In this document: in pieces, positions 49,992 through 58,660 of the stretch
How positions within the stretch are numbered: the first letter of the stretch is position 1
Layout of the letters: each line of letters starts with the position of its first letter
Assembly: GCA_050692175.1 (NCBI GenBank)
Contig: JBOGTG010000148.1
Span: 322-64,321, forward strand
Direction: 5' to 3'
From: Candidatus Limnocylindria bacterium
Lineage (GTDB): Bacteria; Chloroflexota; Limnocylindria; P2-11E
DNA length: 64,000 nucleotides
Made by a program: the position numbers and the translations under genes
The notes under the pieces: model-generated
What the model was told of the DNA's origin: nothing
Databases searched by the model: none
The model's input: the letters and a program-made list of their open reading frames with translations, nothing else

Positions 49992-50062
49992 AAGGGCAGG
50001 ACCCCTAGGGGCAGGGGCCCTAATGGGGCAGGGCCCCCAAGGGGTAGACGCCCAGGGGAGGG
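49992..50062. repeat. tandem 15-17-nt G-tract repeat, about 4.5 units
   Basis: AAGGGCAGGACCCCT / AGGGGCAGGGGCCCT / AATGGGGCAGGGCCCCC / AAGGGGTAGACGCCC / AGGGGAGGG. It sits between the tkt stop and the lemA start. The last unit doubles as the lemA SD. Confidence 0.7.
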
Positions 50063-50066
50063 TTTC

Positions 50067-50627
50067 GTGGAGATCATCGTCGTCCTCGTCATCCTCGCGG
50101 CGATCGCCCTCTTCTTCATCGCGCTTTACAACAGGCTCGTCACGCTGCGGCAGCGTGTGAAAGAGGCCTGGGCGGACATCGACGTTCAGCTGAAGAGGCG
50201 CCACGACCTTATCCCGAACCTCATCGAGACCGTCAAGGGCTACGCGACGCACGAGTCCACGGTCTTCCAGAAAGTGACTGAGGCCCGTGCAGCGGCGGTG
50301 TCCGCGGGCGCGTCGGCCACGCCGGCGGAACGCGCGCAGGCGGAGAACATGCTGACCAGCGCGCTGCGCTCGGTCTTCGCGGTCGCCGAAAACTACCCGC
50401 AGCTGCTGGCGGTGCAAGAGTTCAAGGACCTTTCCGAGAACCTCACCGCGACCGAGGACAAGATCGCGTTCGCGCGCCGTTTCTACAACGGGAACGTGCG
50501 CGACTACAACACGTCGCTCCAGACGTTCCCGACGAACATCTTCGCCGGGATGTTTGGTTTTAAGGCGGAGGAATACTTCGAGCTCACCGATGCCGTCGAG
50601 CGCGAGGTACCGAAGGTCAAGTTCTAG
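50067..50627 (+). CDS. lemA: LemA-family membrane protein
   Basis: N-terminal TM helix, then YNRLVTLRQRVKEAWADIDVQLKRRHDLIPNLIETVKGY and FYNGNVRDYNT, the LemA signature. Confidence 0.88.
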   Translation: MEIIVVLVILAAIALFFIALYNRLVTLRQRVKEAWADIDVQLKRRHDLIPNLIETVKGYATHESTVFQKVTEARAAAVSAGASATPAERAQAENMLTSALRSVFAVAENYPQLLAVQEFKDLSENLTATEDKIAFARRFYNGNVRDYNTSLQTFPTNIFAGMFGFKAEEYFELTDAVEREVPKVKF

Positions 50628-50650
50628 CGAAGCTCTAGCCTTTCACTAGC

Positions 50651-51580
50651 GTGACCGCCGACTCGACACCCGCGCGACTTTCGATTTACGAGGCCGCCGC
50701 CGCGAATCGATGGCGCACGGTCATGCTCATCGGTGCCTTCACGGCGCTCGTCGCGGTGCTGGCGTACTTCGTCGGCGAGTACTTCGTGCCGGGTGGTGGT
50801 ATCGCCGCGTTGCCGTTTGCCTTCGCACTTTCGACCGGCGGCGCGCTCTTCTCCTATTTCGCCGGCGACAAGCTGATCCTCGCCCAGAGCCACGCCCGGG
50901 AACTCGGGCCGGACGAGGAACCGCAGCTGCGGAACATCGTGGAGGCGCTCGCGCTCGGTCTCGGGATCCCGCCGCCGAAGATCCACCTCATCGAGGATTC
51001 AGCACCGAACGCCTTCGCCACCGGACGCGATCCCAAACACGCATCCATCGCGGTGACGAGAGGCCTCCTCGACAAGCTGGATCGCACGGAGCTCGAGGGC
51101 GTGATCGCGCACGAGCTGTCGCATATTGGAAACCGCGACATCCTCGTGATGATCCTCGTGATCGTCCTTGTGGGCACGGTCGCGCTCCTTGCCGACACGA
51201 TGTGGCGATCGTTCTTCTGGACGCAGGGTGGTCGACGCGATCGCGATCGGGGAGGCGGGGGGTCGATCATCGCCATCATCGCGATAGCACTCGCCGTGCT
51301 GACACCGATCATCGCGACGCTCATCCGGCTTGCGGTGTCGCGTCAGCGCGAGTACCTCGCCGACGCGTCCGGCGCGCTCCTCACCCGGTACCCTCCGGGC
51401 CTCGCATCCGCGCTCCGCAAGATCGCGGCAGACAAGGAGCCCCTCGAGGTGGCGAACAAGGCGACCGCAGCCCTGTATATCGCCAACCCGCTGAAAGACG
51501 CCCCGGCGTTCTTTGACAACCTCTTCGACACCCATCCACCGCTCCAGGAGCGCATAAAGAGACTCGAGGCGATGAGTTGA
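50651..51580 (+). CDS. htpX: M48-family zinc metalloprotease (HtpX-like)
   Basis: HELSHIGNRD (HExxH), four TM segments and a downstream EYLADASGA motif. Confidence 0.85.
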   Translation: MTADSTPARLSIYEAAAANRWRTVMLIGAFTALVAVLAYFVGEYFVPGGGIAALPFAFALSTGGALFSYFAGDKLILAQSHARELGPDEEPQLRNIVEALALGLGIPPPKIHLIEDSAPNAFATGRDPKHASIAVTRGLLDKLDRTELEGVIAHELSHIGNRDILVMILVIVLVGTVALLADTMWRSFFWTQGGRRDRDRGGGGSIIAIIAIALAVLTPIIATLIRLAVSRQREYLADASGALLTRYPPGLASALRKIAADKEPLEVANKATAALYIANPLKDAPAFFDNLFDTHPPLQERIKRLEAMS

Positions 51581-52587
51581 TCCCGAACGGAGCGCTGCGC
51601 ACGAGCACTGCCCTGGCCGCGGCGGCCATCATGCTGGTCGTCGCGATCGGTGCGGGCGCGGCCGTCGGCGTGATCACGCGACCGCCACCCCCCACACTCT
51701 CGCCGACCCCGGTTCCGACGGCCACGCCTACGCCCGACACCGGTCCCCTCGTCTTCAAACAGCCGCTCACCGGAGGATGCGCGACCGACGACGCGGTATG
51801 GGTCGTATCGGACGGCGGCGGGATCGGACGCTTCGACCGCCTGCGGCAGCGTTGGGAGCTCATCGATCCGACGCTGCGCTCCCTCGTCGCCGCGGCATGC
51901 ACACCGGACACCGTGCTCGCGGTCGGCGCTTTCGGTCGCGTCGTCACGATCGACGACCTTGGGAAGACGATCCGCGCGGACGACATCGGCCTGTTCGATG
52001 CCTACGCCGTTTCGCTGCTGCCGGACGGCGCACTGGTCGTCGGCTCCGAAGGCAGCGTGCAACGGCAAACCTCGGCGGGCTGGGACCAGTACGCCAAGGG
52101 AATCGACGAGGATCTCTACGGAGCGGTTGGCTTCGCCGGAGGTTCGGCCTGGATGGTCGGCGCCGGGGGCGTGAGTTATCGCCTCGAAAGAGTGGGAGGA
52201 GACGTCGGATGGAAGCCGTACGCGACCGGGACGACGGCGTCGCTGCGGACGATCGCGGCCGCGTCCCCAACCGAGGCGATCGCCGCGGGCGATGACGGTG
52301 TGCTCCTGCGCTTCGACGGTAGCTGGCGTCCGCTCGAGAGCGGCGTGAAGCACGAGCTGCGGGCGTCGGCGCGTGTGGGGGCGATCACCTACGTCGTCGG
52401 CGATGGCGGCACCGCGCTCGTCGTCGAGGGCAACACCGTTCGGCCGATCGCGAACATCACCACGACCTGCGCTCTGCGCTCCGTGTTCGTGCGAGGGAAC
52501 GAGGTGTGGTTCGTCGGCTCCGAGGGAACGCTCGCGGGCGTGTGGCGGCAGATCGGAGACCGCGTCGAGCGTTGGGGCACGTGCTAG
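51577..52587 (+). CDS. secreted/anchored beta-propeller-like repeat protein (Ycf48/BNR-like)
   Basis: N-terminal TM/signal, a Pro/Thr linker, then repeated VGxxGxV...W segments. TTGA overlap with the htpX-like gene. Confidence 0.5.
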   Translation: MIPNGALRTSTALAAAAIMLVVAIGAGAAVGVITRPPPPTLSPTPVPTATPTPDTGPLVFKQPLTGGCATDDAVWVVSDGGGIGRFDRLRQRWELIDPTLRSLVAAACTPDTVLAVGAFGRVVTIDDLGKTIRADDIGLFDAYAVSLLPDGALVVGSEGSVQRQTSAGWDQYAKGIDEDLYGAVGFAGGSAWMVGAGGVSYRLERVGGDVGWKPYATGTTASLRTIAAASPTEAIAAGDDGVLLRFDGSWRPLESGVKHELRASARVGAITYVVGDGGTALVVEGNTVRPIANITTTCALRSVFVRGNEVWFVGSEGTLAGVWRQIGDRVERWGTC

Positions 52588-53780
52588 GCGCCCCGCCCCT
52601 TGCGGGCATTCACGTCATCGAGATCGGCAACTACATGGCTGGGCCGTATTGCGGGATGCAGCTCGCCGACCTCGGCGCCGACGTCGTGAAGGTCGAGCAT
52701 CCGCGAGCGGGTGACCTCGCGCGTCTCCTCGAGCCGCTTGCTTCCGGTGAAAGTGGCAACTTCGCGCGGCTCAACCGCGATAAGCGCAGCCTTGCCATCG
52801 ACCTGAAGCGCGAGGAGAGCCGCGGTGTGTTCCGCCGCCTCGCGAGCGGGGCCGATGTGATCGTCGAGAACCTCCGTCCTGGGACGATGGACGACCTCGG
52901 CCTACCGCCACGCTCGCTGCTCGACGCGAATCCGCGGCTCATCTACGTCGCCGTGACCGGCTGGGGTCTCGATGGGCCGTACGCCAACAGGCCGGCGCTC
53001 GACATCATCGTTCAGGGACAGAGCGGGCTCATGAGCATCACCGGCGAGGAGGGCGGCGCTCCCGTGAAGGTTGGCGTGTCGATCGCCGATCTCACAGCCG
53101 CGCTCTACGCGACGATCGCGACGCTCGCCGCGCTCCGGGCACGCGACCGTGACGGCCGTGGGCAGCTCGTCGACATATCGATGTTCGAATCGGCGGTCTC
53201 GCTCGCGGTCTGGGAGGCAGGGACGTACTTCGGCAGCGGCGAGGTGGCGCGGGCCGCCGGCTCCGCGCACAAGCTCGTCGCGCCCTACCAGGCCGTCGCC
53301 GGGTCCGACCGTCACTTCATCGTGGGCGCGACCACGCCGCCGAACTGGTCGGCCTTCTGTCGGGTCCTCGGTCTCGCGCCGCTCGAGACGGATGCGCGCT
53401 TCGCGGACGCGAACGCGCGCCGCCATCATCGCGCGGAGCTGGTCGCGGCCATCGAGCGGGTCACGCGGACCAAGCCTGCCGCCCACTGGCTCGGGCTCCT
53501 TCGCGAGGCTGGCGTTCCATGCGGCGAGATCGCCGACTACCGGGACGTGTTCGCTGACCCGCACCTGCTCGCACGGAAGTTCTTCGTCGATCTCGAGCAC
53601 CCCGTGCTCGGGACGCTCCGGGGTCTCGGTTCGCCGCTCCGCCTCGAACGCACGCCGGTGCGGCACCGGCGCGCAGGCCCGCGCCTCGGCGAGCACAGCG
53701 CTGAAGTGCTGCGCGAGATCGGCTGCAGCGACGCGGACGTCGACCGGCTCGCGAGTGAAGGCATCATCGCCCGAGCATGA
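52581..53780 (+). CDS. family III CoA-transferase (CaiB/BaiF)
   Basis: LAGIHVIEIGNYMAGPYCGMQLADLGADVVKVE ... GESGNFARLNRDKRS ... DIIVQGQSGLMSITG. The GTG 52581 start is proposed. Confidence 0.85.
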   Translation: MLGAPPLAGIHVIEIGNYMAGPYCGMQLADLGADVVKVEHPRAGDLARLLEPLASGESGNFARLNRDKRSLAIDLKREESRGVFRRLASGADVIVENLRPGTMDDLGLPPRSLLDANPRLIYVAVTGWGLDGPYANRPALDIIVQGQSGLMSITGEEGGAPVKVGVSIADLTAALYATIATLAALRARDRDGRGQLVDISMFESAVSLAVWEAGTYFGSGEVARAAGSAHKLVAPYQAVAGSDRHFIVGATTPPNWSAFCRVLGLAPLETDARFADANARRHHRAELVAAIERVTRTKPAAHWLGLLREAGVPCGEIADYRDVFADPHLLARKFFVDLEHPVLGTLRGLGSPLRLERTPVRHRRAGPRLGEHSAEVLREIGCSDADVDRLASEGIIARA

Positions 53781-54553
53781 GCGAGGAGATCCGCACCGAG
53801 CGCCGCGGGGCCGCGCTCTGGATCCGCGTCGATCGTCCAACGGCGCGGAACGCGCTGACCTTCGCGATGTACGACCGGATCGCCACCGTCTGCCGCGAGG
53901 CGAACGGCGACGCCTCGGTCAAAGCGGTCGTACTAACCGGCTCGGGCGACGCTTTCGTCGCCGGGACCGACATCGGGCAGTTCGCCGACTTCAAAACAGC
54001 CTCGCAAGCGATCGACTACGAGCACCGCATGGACGACTGGCTCGGCGCCATCGAGGACGTGCGCGCGCCCACGATCGCGGCGCTCCGCGGCCCTGTCGTC
54101 GGCGGTGGCCTCGCGATCGCGGCGGCCTGCGACCTTCGCGTCGCGGCACCGTCGGCACGCTTCGGCGTCCCGGTCGCCCGGACGTTGGGCAACTGCTTCT
54201 CGGCCGCGAACCTCGTCCGGCTCGCGGCGCTCGTGGGTCTCGGACGGGTGAAGGAGCTCGTGCTCACGGCGCGACTCATCGACGCGCAGGAGGCGCGCGC
54301 GATCGGGCTCGTCTCGGAGGTCGTCGCCAGCGAGGACGGGCTCGACGCGCGCGTCGACGAGCTGATCGAGGAGCTCGCGTCGTTCGCGCCCCTGACCCTG
54401 AGCGCAACGAAAGAGATGGTGCGGCGGATTCGTGCGCGAATGCTGCCGGAGGAAGCCTCGGATCTGGTGGCCCTCTGCTACACGAGCGCCGACTTTCGCG
54501 AGGGTGTGACGGCGTTCATCGAGCGCCGGAAGCCGGTGTGGAAGGGGCAGTGA
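53777..54553 (+). CDS. enoyl-CoA hydratase/isomerase (crotonase fold)
   Basis: RPTARNALT, VVLTGSGDAFVAGTDI and GPVVGGGLAIAAACDLRVA. ATGA overlap with the CoA-transferase gene. Confidence 0.85.
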   Translation: MSEEIRTERRGAALWIRVDRPTARNALTFAMYDRIATVCREANGDASVKAVVLTGSGDAFVAGTDIGQFADFKTASQAIDYEHRMDDWLGAIEDVRAPTIAALRGPVVGGGLAIAAACDLRVAAPSARFGVPVARTLGNCFSAANLVRLAALVGLGRVKELVLTARLIDAQEARAIGLVSEVVASEDGLDARVDELIEELASFAPLTLSATKEMVRRIRARMLPEEASDLVALCYTSADFREGVTAFIERRKPVWKGQ

Positions 54554-55086
54554 GCCGCTACCGCGAAGCGGCAGACCACAGGCGCGTTAGCGCCGAGGAC
54601 TACCACGAGGAGCAGCATTTTCACGGTGCGCTCATGGGCCTCCTGCTCGTGGCCATGATCTTCGTCGTGGTCGTCACCGTCGTCGCGGTCTTCTTCTCGC
54701 GCCCCGGCGATGCGTTACTGCTGGCGATCGCGCCGGTCGTCGTCGTTCTTGTCGCGTCGCTCATCTCGCTATCGCATCTCGACGTCGACGTGACCGACCA
54801 GGGCGTGAGCATCGCGTTCCGGTATCTCTGGCCGACGCGCCGCATCCCCTTCGCGGAGATCGTCGGCGTGGAGGTCCGTCGCTACAACCCGCTTCTCGAG
54901 TACGGCGGCTGGGGCGTGCGGCTTGGCCCGAAAGGGTGGGCCTACATGACGAGCGGCAACGAGGGAGTGCAGCTCCGGCTGCGGAAAGGGCTTCCAGTGC
55001 TCATCGGATCCATGCGGCCGCGGGAGCTCGAGGCAGCGATCCGCGCGGGCGTCGAGGCGCAGATGCCTACGCCGCGGCGCGTTTAG
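54550..55086 (+). CDS. hypothetical two-TM membrane protein with a small C-terminal soluble domain
   Basis: GTG 54550 overlaps the crotonase stop (GTGA). Two hydrophobic helices (LLLVAMIFVVVVTVVAVFF, LLLAIAPVVVVLVASLISL) are followed by about 90 aa. The remainder of the 671-aa track ORF was rejected. Confidence 0.45.
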   Translation: MSRYREAADHRRVSAEDYHEEQHFHGALMGLLLVAMIFVVVVTVVAVFFSRPGDALLLAIAPVVVVLVASLISLSHLDVDVTDQGVSIAFRYLWPTRRIPFAEIVGVEVRRYNPLLEYGGWGVRLGPKGWAYMTSGNEGVQLRLRKGLPVLIGSMRPRELEAAIRAGVEAQMPTPRRV

Positions 55087-56003
55087 GCGGTCCGCAGCCG
55101 CGGATCGAGCGCGTCGCGGAGCGAGTCCCCGAAGAGGTTGAATCCGAATACCGCCGCGCTGATCGCCACGCCCGGGGCGATCGCCATCCAAGGTGCCTGC
55201 TCCAGGAACGCCATGCCCGCTCCGCGGAGCATCAGGCCCCATGCCGGCGTCGGCTCAAAAACGCCGAGGCCGAGGAACGACAGCGAAGCTTCGAGCAGGA
55301 TGGCCTGGCCGAGAAATGCCGTGAGCATGATGAGATAGGGCGCGAAGACGTTCGGGGCGATATGGCGGAACATGATCCGCGCCGCGCCGGCTCCGACTGC
55401 CCGCGTCGCTTCGATGTACGGCATGGACACCACAGTGAGTGCGCTCGCCCGCACCACTCGAGCGACGCGAGGGACGATCGGTACAGTGATCGCCGCGATC
55501 ACGTTCCCGATCAGGCCCTCGCCCGTGCCGAGCGCCGCCACCACCGCGATGGCGATGACGATCAACGGGAACGAGATGAGGATGTCCATGAGGCGCTGGA
55601 TGAGCTGGTCGACCCTGCCGCCGAAGTACGCGCCGACCACCCCGAGGACGTAACCCGCCGTACAGCCCGCGAACGATGCCGTGAACCCGACGAGCAACGC
55701 GGTGCGCGCTCCATAGATGAGGCGCGAGAACAAGTCGCGACCGAAGTTATCCGTCCCCAGGAGGTGGGTCGGGCCCGGCGGCACGAGGAAGTCGGTGAAG
55801 CTCACCTCCACAGGGTCGTACGGCGCGATGACCTCCGCGAAGATCGCTGCGAAGACCATGACCAGGATGAGCGCCGCGCCCGCGGTCCCGAGCGGACGCC
55901 GGCGTATGAATTCGGCCACGAAACGTCCGAAGCGCCGCCGGCCGGTGTCGGCGATAAATCGCTGCCGCGCGAGCTCCTCGGCTTGGCGCGTGACGGCGGT
56001 CAC
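55083..56003 (-). CDS. ABC transporter permease (DppC/OppC-type)
   Basis: Binding-protein-dependent transport inner-membrane component with an EAA-like loop (YIEATRAVGAGAARIMFRHIAPN). GTG 56003 overlaps the upstream permease stop (GTGA). Confidence 0.85.
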   Translation of the reverse strand: MTAVTRQAEELARQRFIADTGRRRFGRFVAEFIRRRPLGTAGAALILVMVFAAIFAEVIAPYDPVEVSFTDFLVPPGPTHLLGTDNFGRDLFSRLIYGARTALLVGFTASFAGCTAGYVLGVVGAYFGGRVDQLIQRLMDILISFPLIVIAIAVVAALGTGEGLIGNVIAAITVPIVPRVARVVRASALTVVSMPYIEATRAVGAGAARIMFRHIAPNVFAPYLIMLTAFLGQAILLEASLSFLGLGVFEPTPAWGLMLRGAGMAFLEQAPWMAIAPGVAISAAVFGFNLFGDSLRDALDPRLRTA

Positions 56004-56947
56004 GAGTATCGGATCCGCGGGTCGAGGACCACGTAGAGCATGTCGACCAGGAAGTTCACGAAGACGAAGATCGAGGCTAGGAGCAGCACCAGCGCCTGGA
56101 TCAGTGGATAGTCGCGGTGCGCGACAGCGTCGACGAGCAGCTTCCCGAGACCGTTGAGATTGAAGACCTGCTCGGTGACGACGAGTCCACCGATGAGGAA
56201 GGCGAACTCGAGCGAGATGACAGTCACGACCGGCAGGAGTGAGTTGCGCAGGGCGTGACGTGCGACGACCAGGCTCTCGCGGACGCCCTTCGCGCGCGCG
56301 GTCCGCACATAGTCCTCGCGCAGGACCTCCAGGACGCTCGACCGGGTCATCCGAAGGGCGACCGCCGAATAGCGGTACCCCACGGCCACTGCGGGCAGGA
56401 TCAGCTGCGCGAGGTTCGCCACGGGGTCCGTCAGGAAAGGCGTGAAGGTGACCGGCGGCGCCCAGCGGATGGTCACGAGGAGTGCCAGGATCATGAGGAT
56501 CCCGATCCAGAACGACGGCATCGCGAGGCCGGCGATCGAGAACACCCTGATCGCGTAGTCGACCCATGTGTCCTGACGGACCGCCGCGATGACGCCGAGA
56601 GGTACGGCGATCGCGACGGCAAGGACCGTCGCGATGATCGCGAGCTCTATGGAGAGCCCGATCCGGATCTTGATCTCGTCGACGACCGAGCCGTTGGTCC
56701 AGAGCGACACGCCAAAGTCGAGGCGCGCGGCCGCGCTCATCCAGTCGACGAACTGCTCCCACATCGGCTTGTCGAGGCCGAGGAGGCGACGCTCCTGGTC
56801 GAGGACCTCCTGCGGGACGGAGGACCCGACGTAACGCAGCGCGACGATATCGCCGGGGACGGCGCGCATCATCACGAACGTGAGGACGGCTACGCCAACC
56901 AAAGTCGGAACCATAAGCAGGAGCCGTCCGACGATGTACCGCCTCAC
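56000..56947 (-). CDS. ABC transporter permease (DppB/OppB-type)
   Basis: MRRYIVGRLLLMVPTLVGV..., with the loop YVRTARAKGVRESLVVARHALRNS. Confidence 0.88.
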   Translation of the reverse strand: MRRYIVGRLLLMVPTLVGVAVLTFVMMRAVPGDIVALRYVGSSVPQEVLDQERRLLGLDKPMWEQFVDWMSAAARLDFGVSLWTNGSVVDEIKIRIGLSIELAIIATVLAVAIAVPLGVIAAVRQDTWVDYAIRVFSIAGLAMPSFWIGILMILALLVTIRWAPPVTFTPFLTDPVANLAQLILPAVAVGYRYSAVALRMTRSSVLEVLREDYVRTARAKGVRESLVVARHALRNSLLPVVTVISLEFAFLIGGLVVTEQVFNLNGLGKLLVDAVAHRDYPLIQALVLLLASIFVFVNFLVDMLYVVLDPRIRYS

Positions 56948-56983
56948 GCGGCTAGTCTCGGACGGCTCCCGCTACTTCGCCAG

Positions 56984-58636
56984 CTAGGTCCCCGCCAGCC
57001 AGACCGTCTCGAGCTGCTGGTTGTAGTAGTGGTTCGAGCCGATCTTCCAACCGCGGACGATGTTCAGATAGGGGACGATCCGGTACCACCAGAGCACCGG
57101 GTACTGATAAGCCTTTGTCTCCATCGAGTACTTCTCGATGTCCCAGACCAGCTTCTTGCGCTTCTCCGGGTCCGTCTCGCGGCTCTGGCCGTCGATCATC
57201 CTGTCGAGGTCGGCGTCGTCGAAGCCCGCGTAGTTCAAGCCGCGACCGAGCTTGGTCGCCGAGTAGAACTTCGCCAGCTGGAGGTCGGGCTCGTCGAGGA
57301 AGTCGCAGTTGAAGTCGAGGACGACCTCGAAGTTACCGTTGTTGCGGTCAGCGGTGTACGCCGCCGTCTCTTTCTGCTCGTGCGTGGCAGTGATCCCAAC
57401 CTGCCGCCACTGGTCGATGAGGAACACGGCCACCGGCGTATACGGTGTGTCGATGTTGCGGTTGAGGAACTTGAATGAGAGGTTCGACGCCCCCGCGTCC
57501 GCGAGGAGCTTCTTCGCCTGCTCTTTTGCGGCCTTCCCGTCCTTGCTGAAGCCCTGGATCTTCTGAAGATCGGCGTCGCTCATGGCGAACGGCCCCAGCG
57601 GTCGCATCAGTCCGCCGACGTCCTTCACGATCGTCTGCCTAGCCAGCTGCGTGCCGCCCGTCCAGCGATCGATGGCGAGGTTGAGGGCCTGGCGCACGCG
57701 AACGTCTGCGAACTTCGCATTCTTGATGTTCGGGACGATGTAGTTCACGCAGACCCACGGCCCTTCCTGGATCGCGAGCTGCGTGCCGAGCGCGCTCGAC
57801 AGCGTGTCGCGCTGCTGGGGTGTGAACCCGCGGAACTCGATCATGGCCTGCTTCGAACGAATCGCGTTCACGCCGGCGGTCGAGTCGGTGATGATGAGGC
57901 CCTTGTATCCGTCGAGGTACGGGAGCTTCCCCCCGTTCTTGTCCTTTCCGTAGAAGTCGGGGTTCTTCTTCGCGACCCACTCCGATCCCTTGACGTTCGA
58001 AACGTACGTGAACGGACCGGTGCCCATCACGTTCTTCTCGTACCACTTGATGTCCTGCTTCAGCTTCGCGGCGCTGTAGATGAAGTTCCATGGCGACGTG
58101 AGGTTCGCCTGGAACGAGCCGGTCGCGTACTTGAGCTTGAACACCACCGTGCTCGGGCCCGACGCCTCGATCTTGTCGACCGCGGCGTAGGCGCCCTGCC
58201 GGGCTGAGATGACGCTGGCGGGGGGGAAGACGATCTTGTTGTACGTCGCGACGATGTCCTCGCTCGTCAGCGCGGTGCCGTCGTGAAACTTCACGTCGGT
58301 TCGAAGCTTGATCGTCCACGTGAGTTTGTCGGCGGAGAGCTCCGGCATCGCCGCGGCCACGTCGGGCAGGGGCTTCGTCAGGTCGTTCGGATCCCACTTG
58401 TAGAGCGTGCTGTAGTGCGGCGCGATGGGATGCAGCAACGCGAACGTCGTCTCGCGATGCCCATCGAATGTTCCAGACTCCGCGTTCACGACGAAGACGA
58501 GCGTGCCGCCGGAACGGGGCTGCTCGGCCCCCGCCTGTGTCGGCCCGGGGGGGCTCGCTGCGGGGCCAGCCTGGGTACAGGCCGCGAGGATGAGCGTGAG
58601 GACTCCGAGGAAAACGAAAACATGGCGGTGTAGCAC
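56984..58636 (-). CDS. ABC substrate-binding lipoprotein, family 5 (peptide/nickel/oligosaccharide type)
   Basis: Lipobox LILAAC, 550 aa, with SBP_bac_5-like sequence throughout. Confidence 0.88.
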   Translation of the reverse strand: MLHRHVFVFLGVLTLILAACTQAGPAASPPGPTQAGAEQPRSGGTLVFVVNAESGTFDGHRETTFALLHPIAPHYSTLYKWDPNDLTKPLPDVAAAMPELSADKLTWTIKLRTDVKFHDGTALTSEDIVATYNKIVFPPASVISARQGAYAAVDKIEASGPSTVVFKLKYATGSFQANLTSPWNFIYSAAKLKQDIKWYEKNVMGTGPFTYVSNVKGSEWVAKKNPDFYGKDKNGGKLPYLDGYKGLIITDSTAGVNAIRSKQAMIEFRGFTPQQRDTLSSALGTQLAIQEGPWVCVNYIVPNIKNAKFADVRVRQALNLAIDRWTGGTQLARQTIVKDVGGLMRPLGPFAMSDADLQKIQGFSKDGKAAKEQAKKLLADAGASNLSFKFLNRNIDTPYTPVAVFLIDQWRQVGITATHEQKETAAYTADRNNGNFEVVLDFNCDFLDEPDLQLAKFYSATKLGRGLNYAGFDDADLDRMIDGQSRETDPEKRKKLVWDIEKYSMETKAYQYPVLWWYRIVPYLNIVRGWKIGSNHYYNQQLETVWLAGT

Positions 58637-58660
58637 GGGACCACCCCCTCGGGCGAGACT

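Noticed and set aside
49992-50062. Possible CRISPR array
   Set aside because: The units are only 15 to 17 nt, directly abutting with no spacers. No cas genes are in the window.
53071-54549. Upstream 493 codons of the 671-aa ORF
   Set aside because: It overlaps the CoA-transferase and crotonase genes out of frame and has Arg/Ser/Pro-rich junk composition. Only the last 178 codons, from GTG 54550, look like a real membrane protein.
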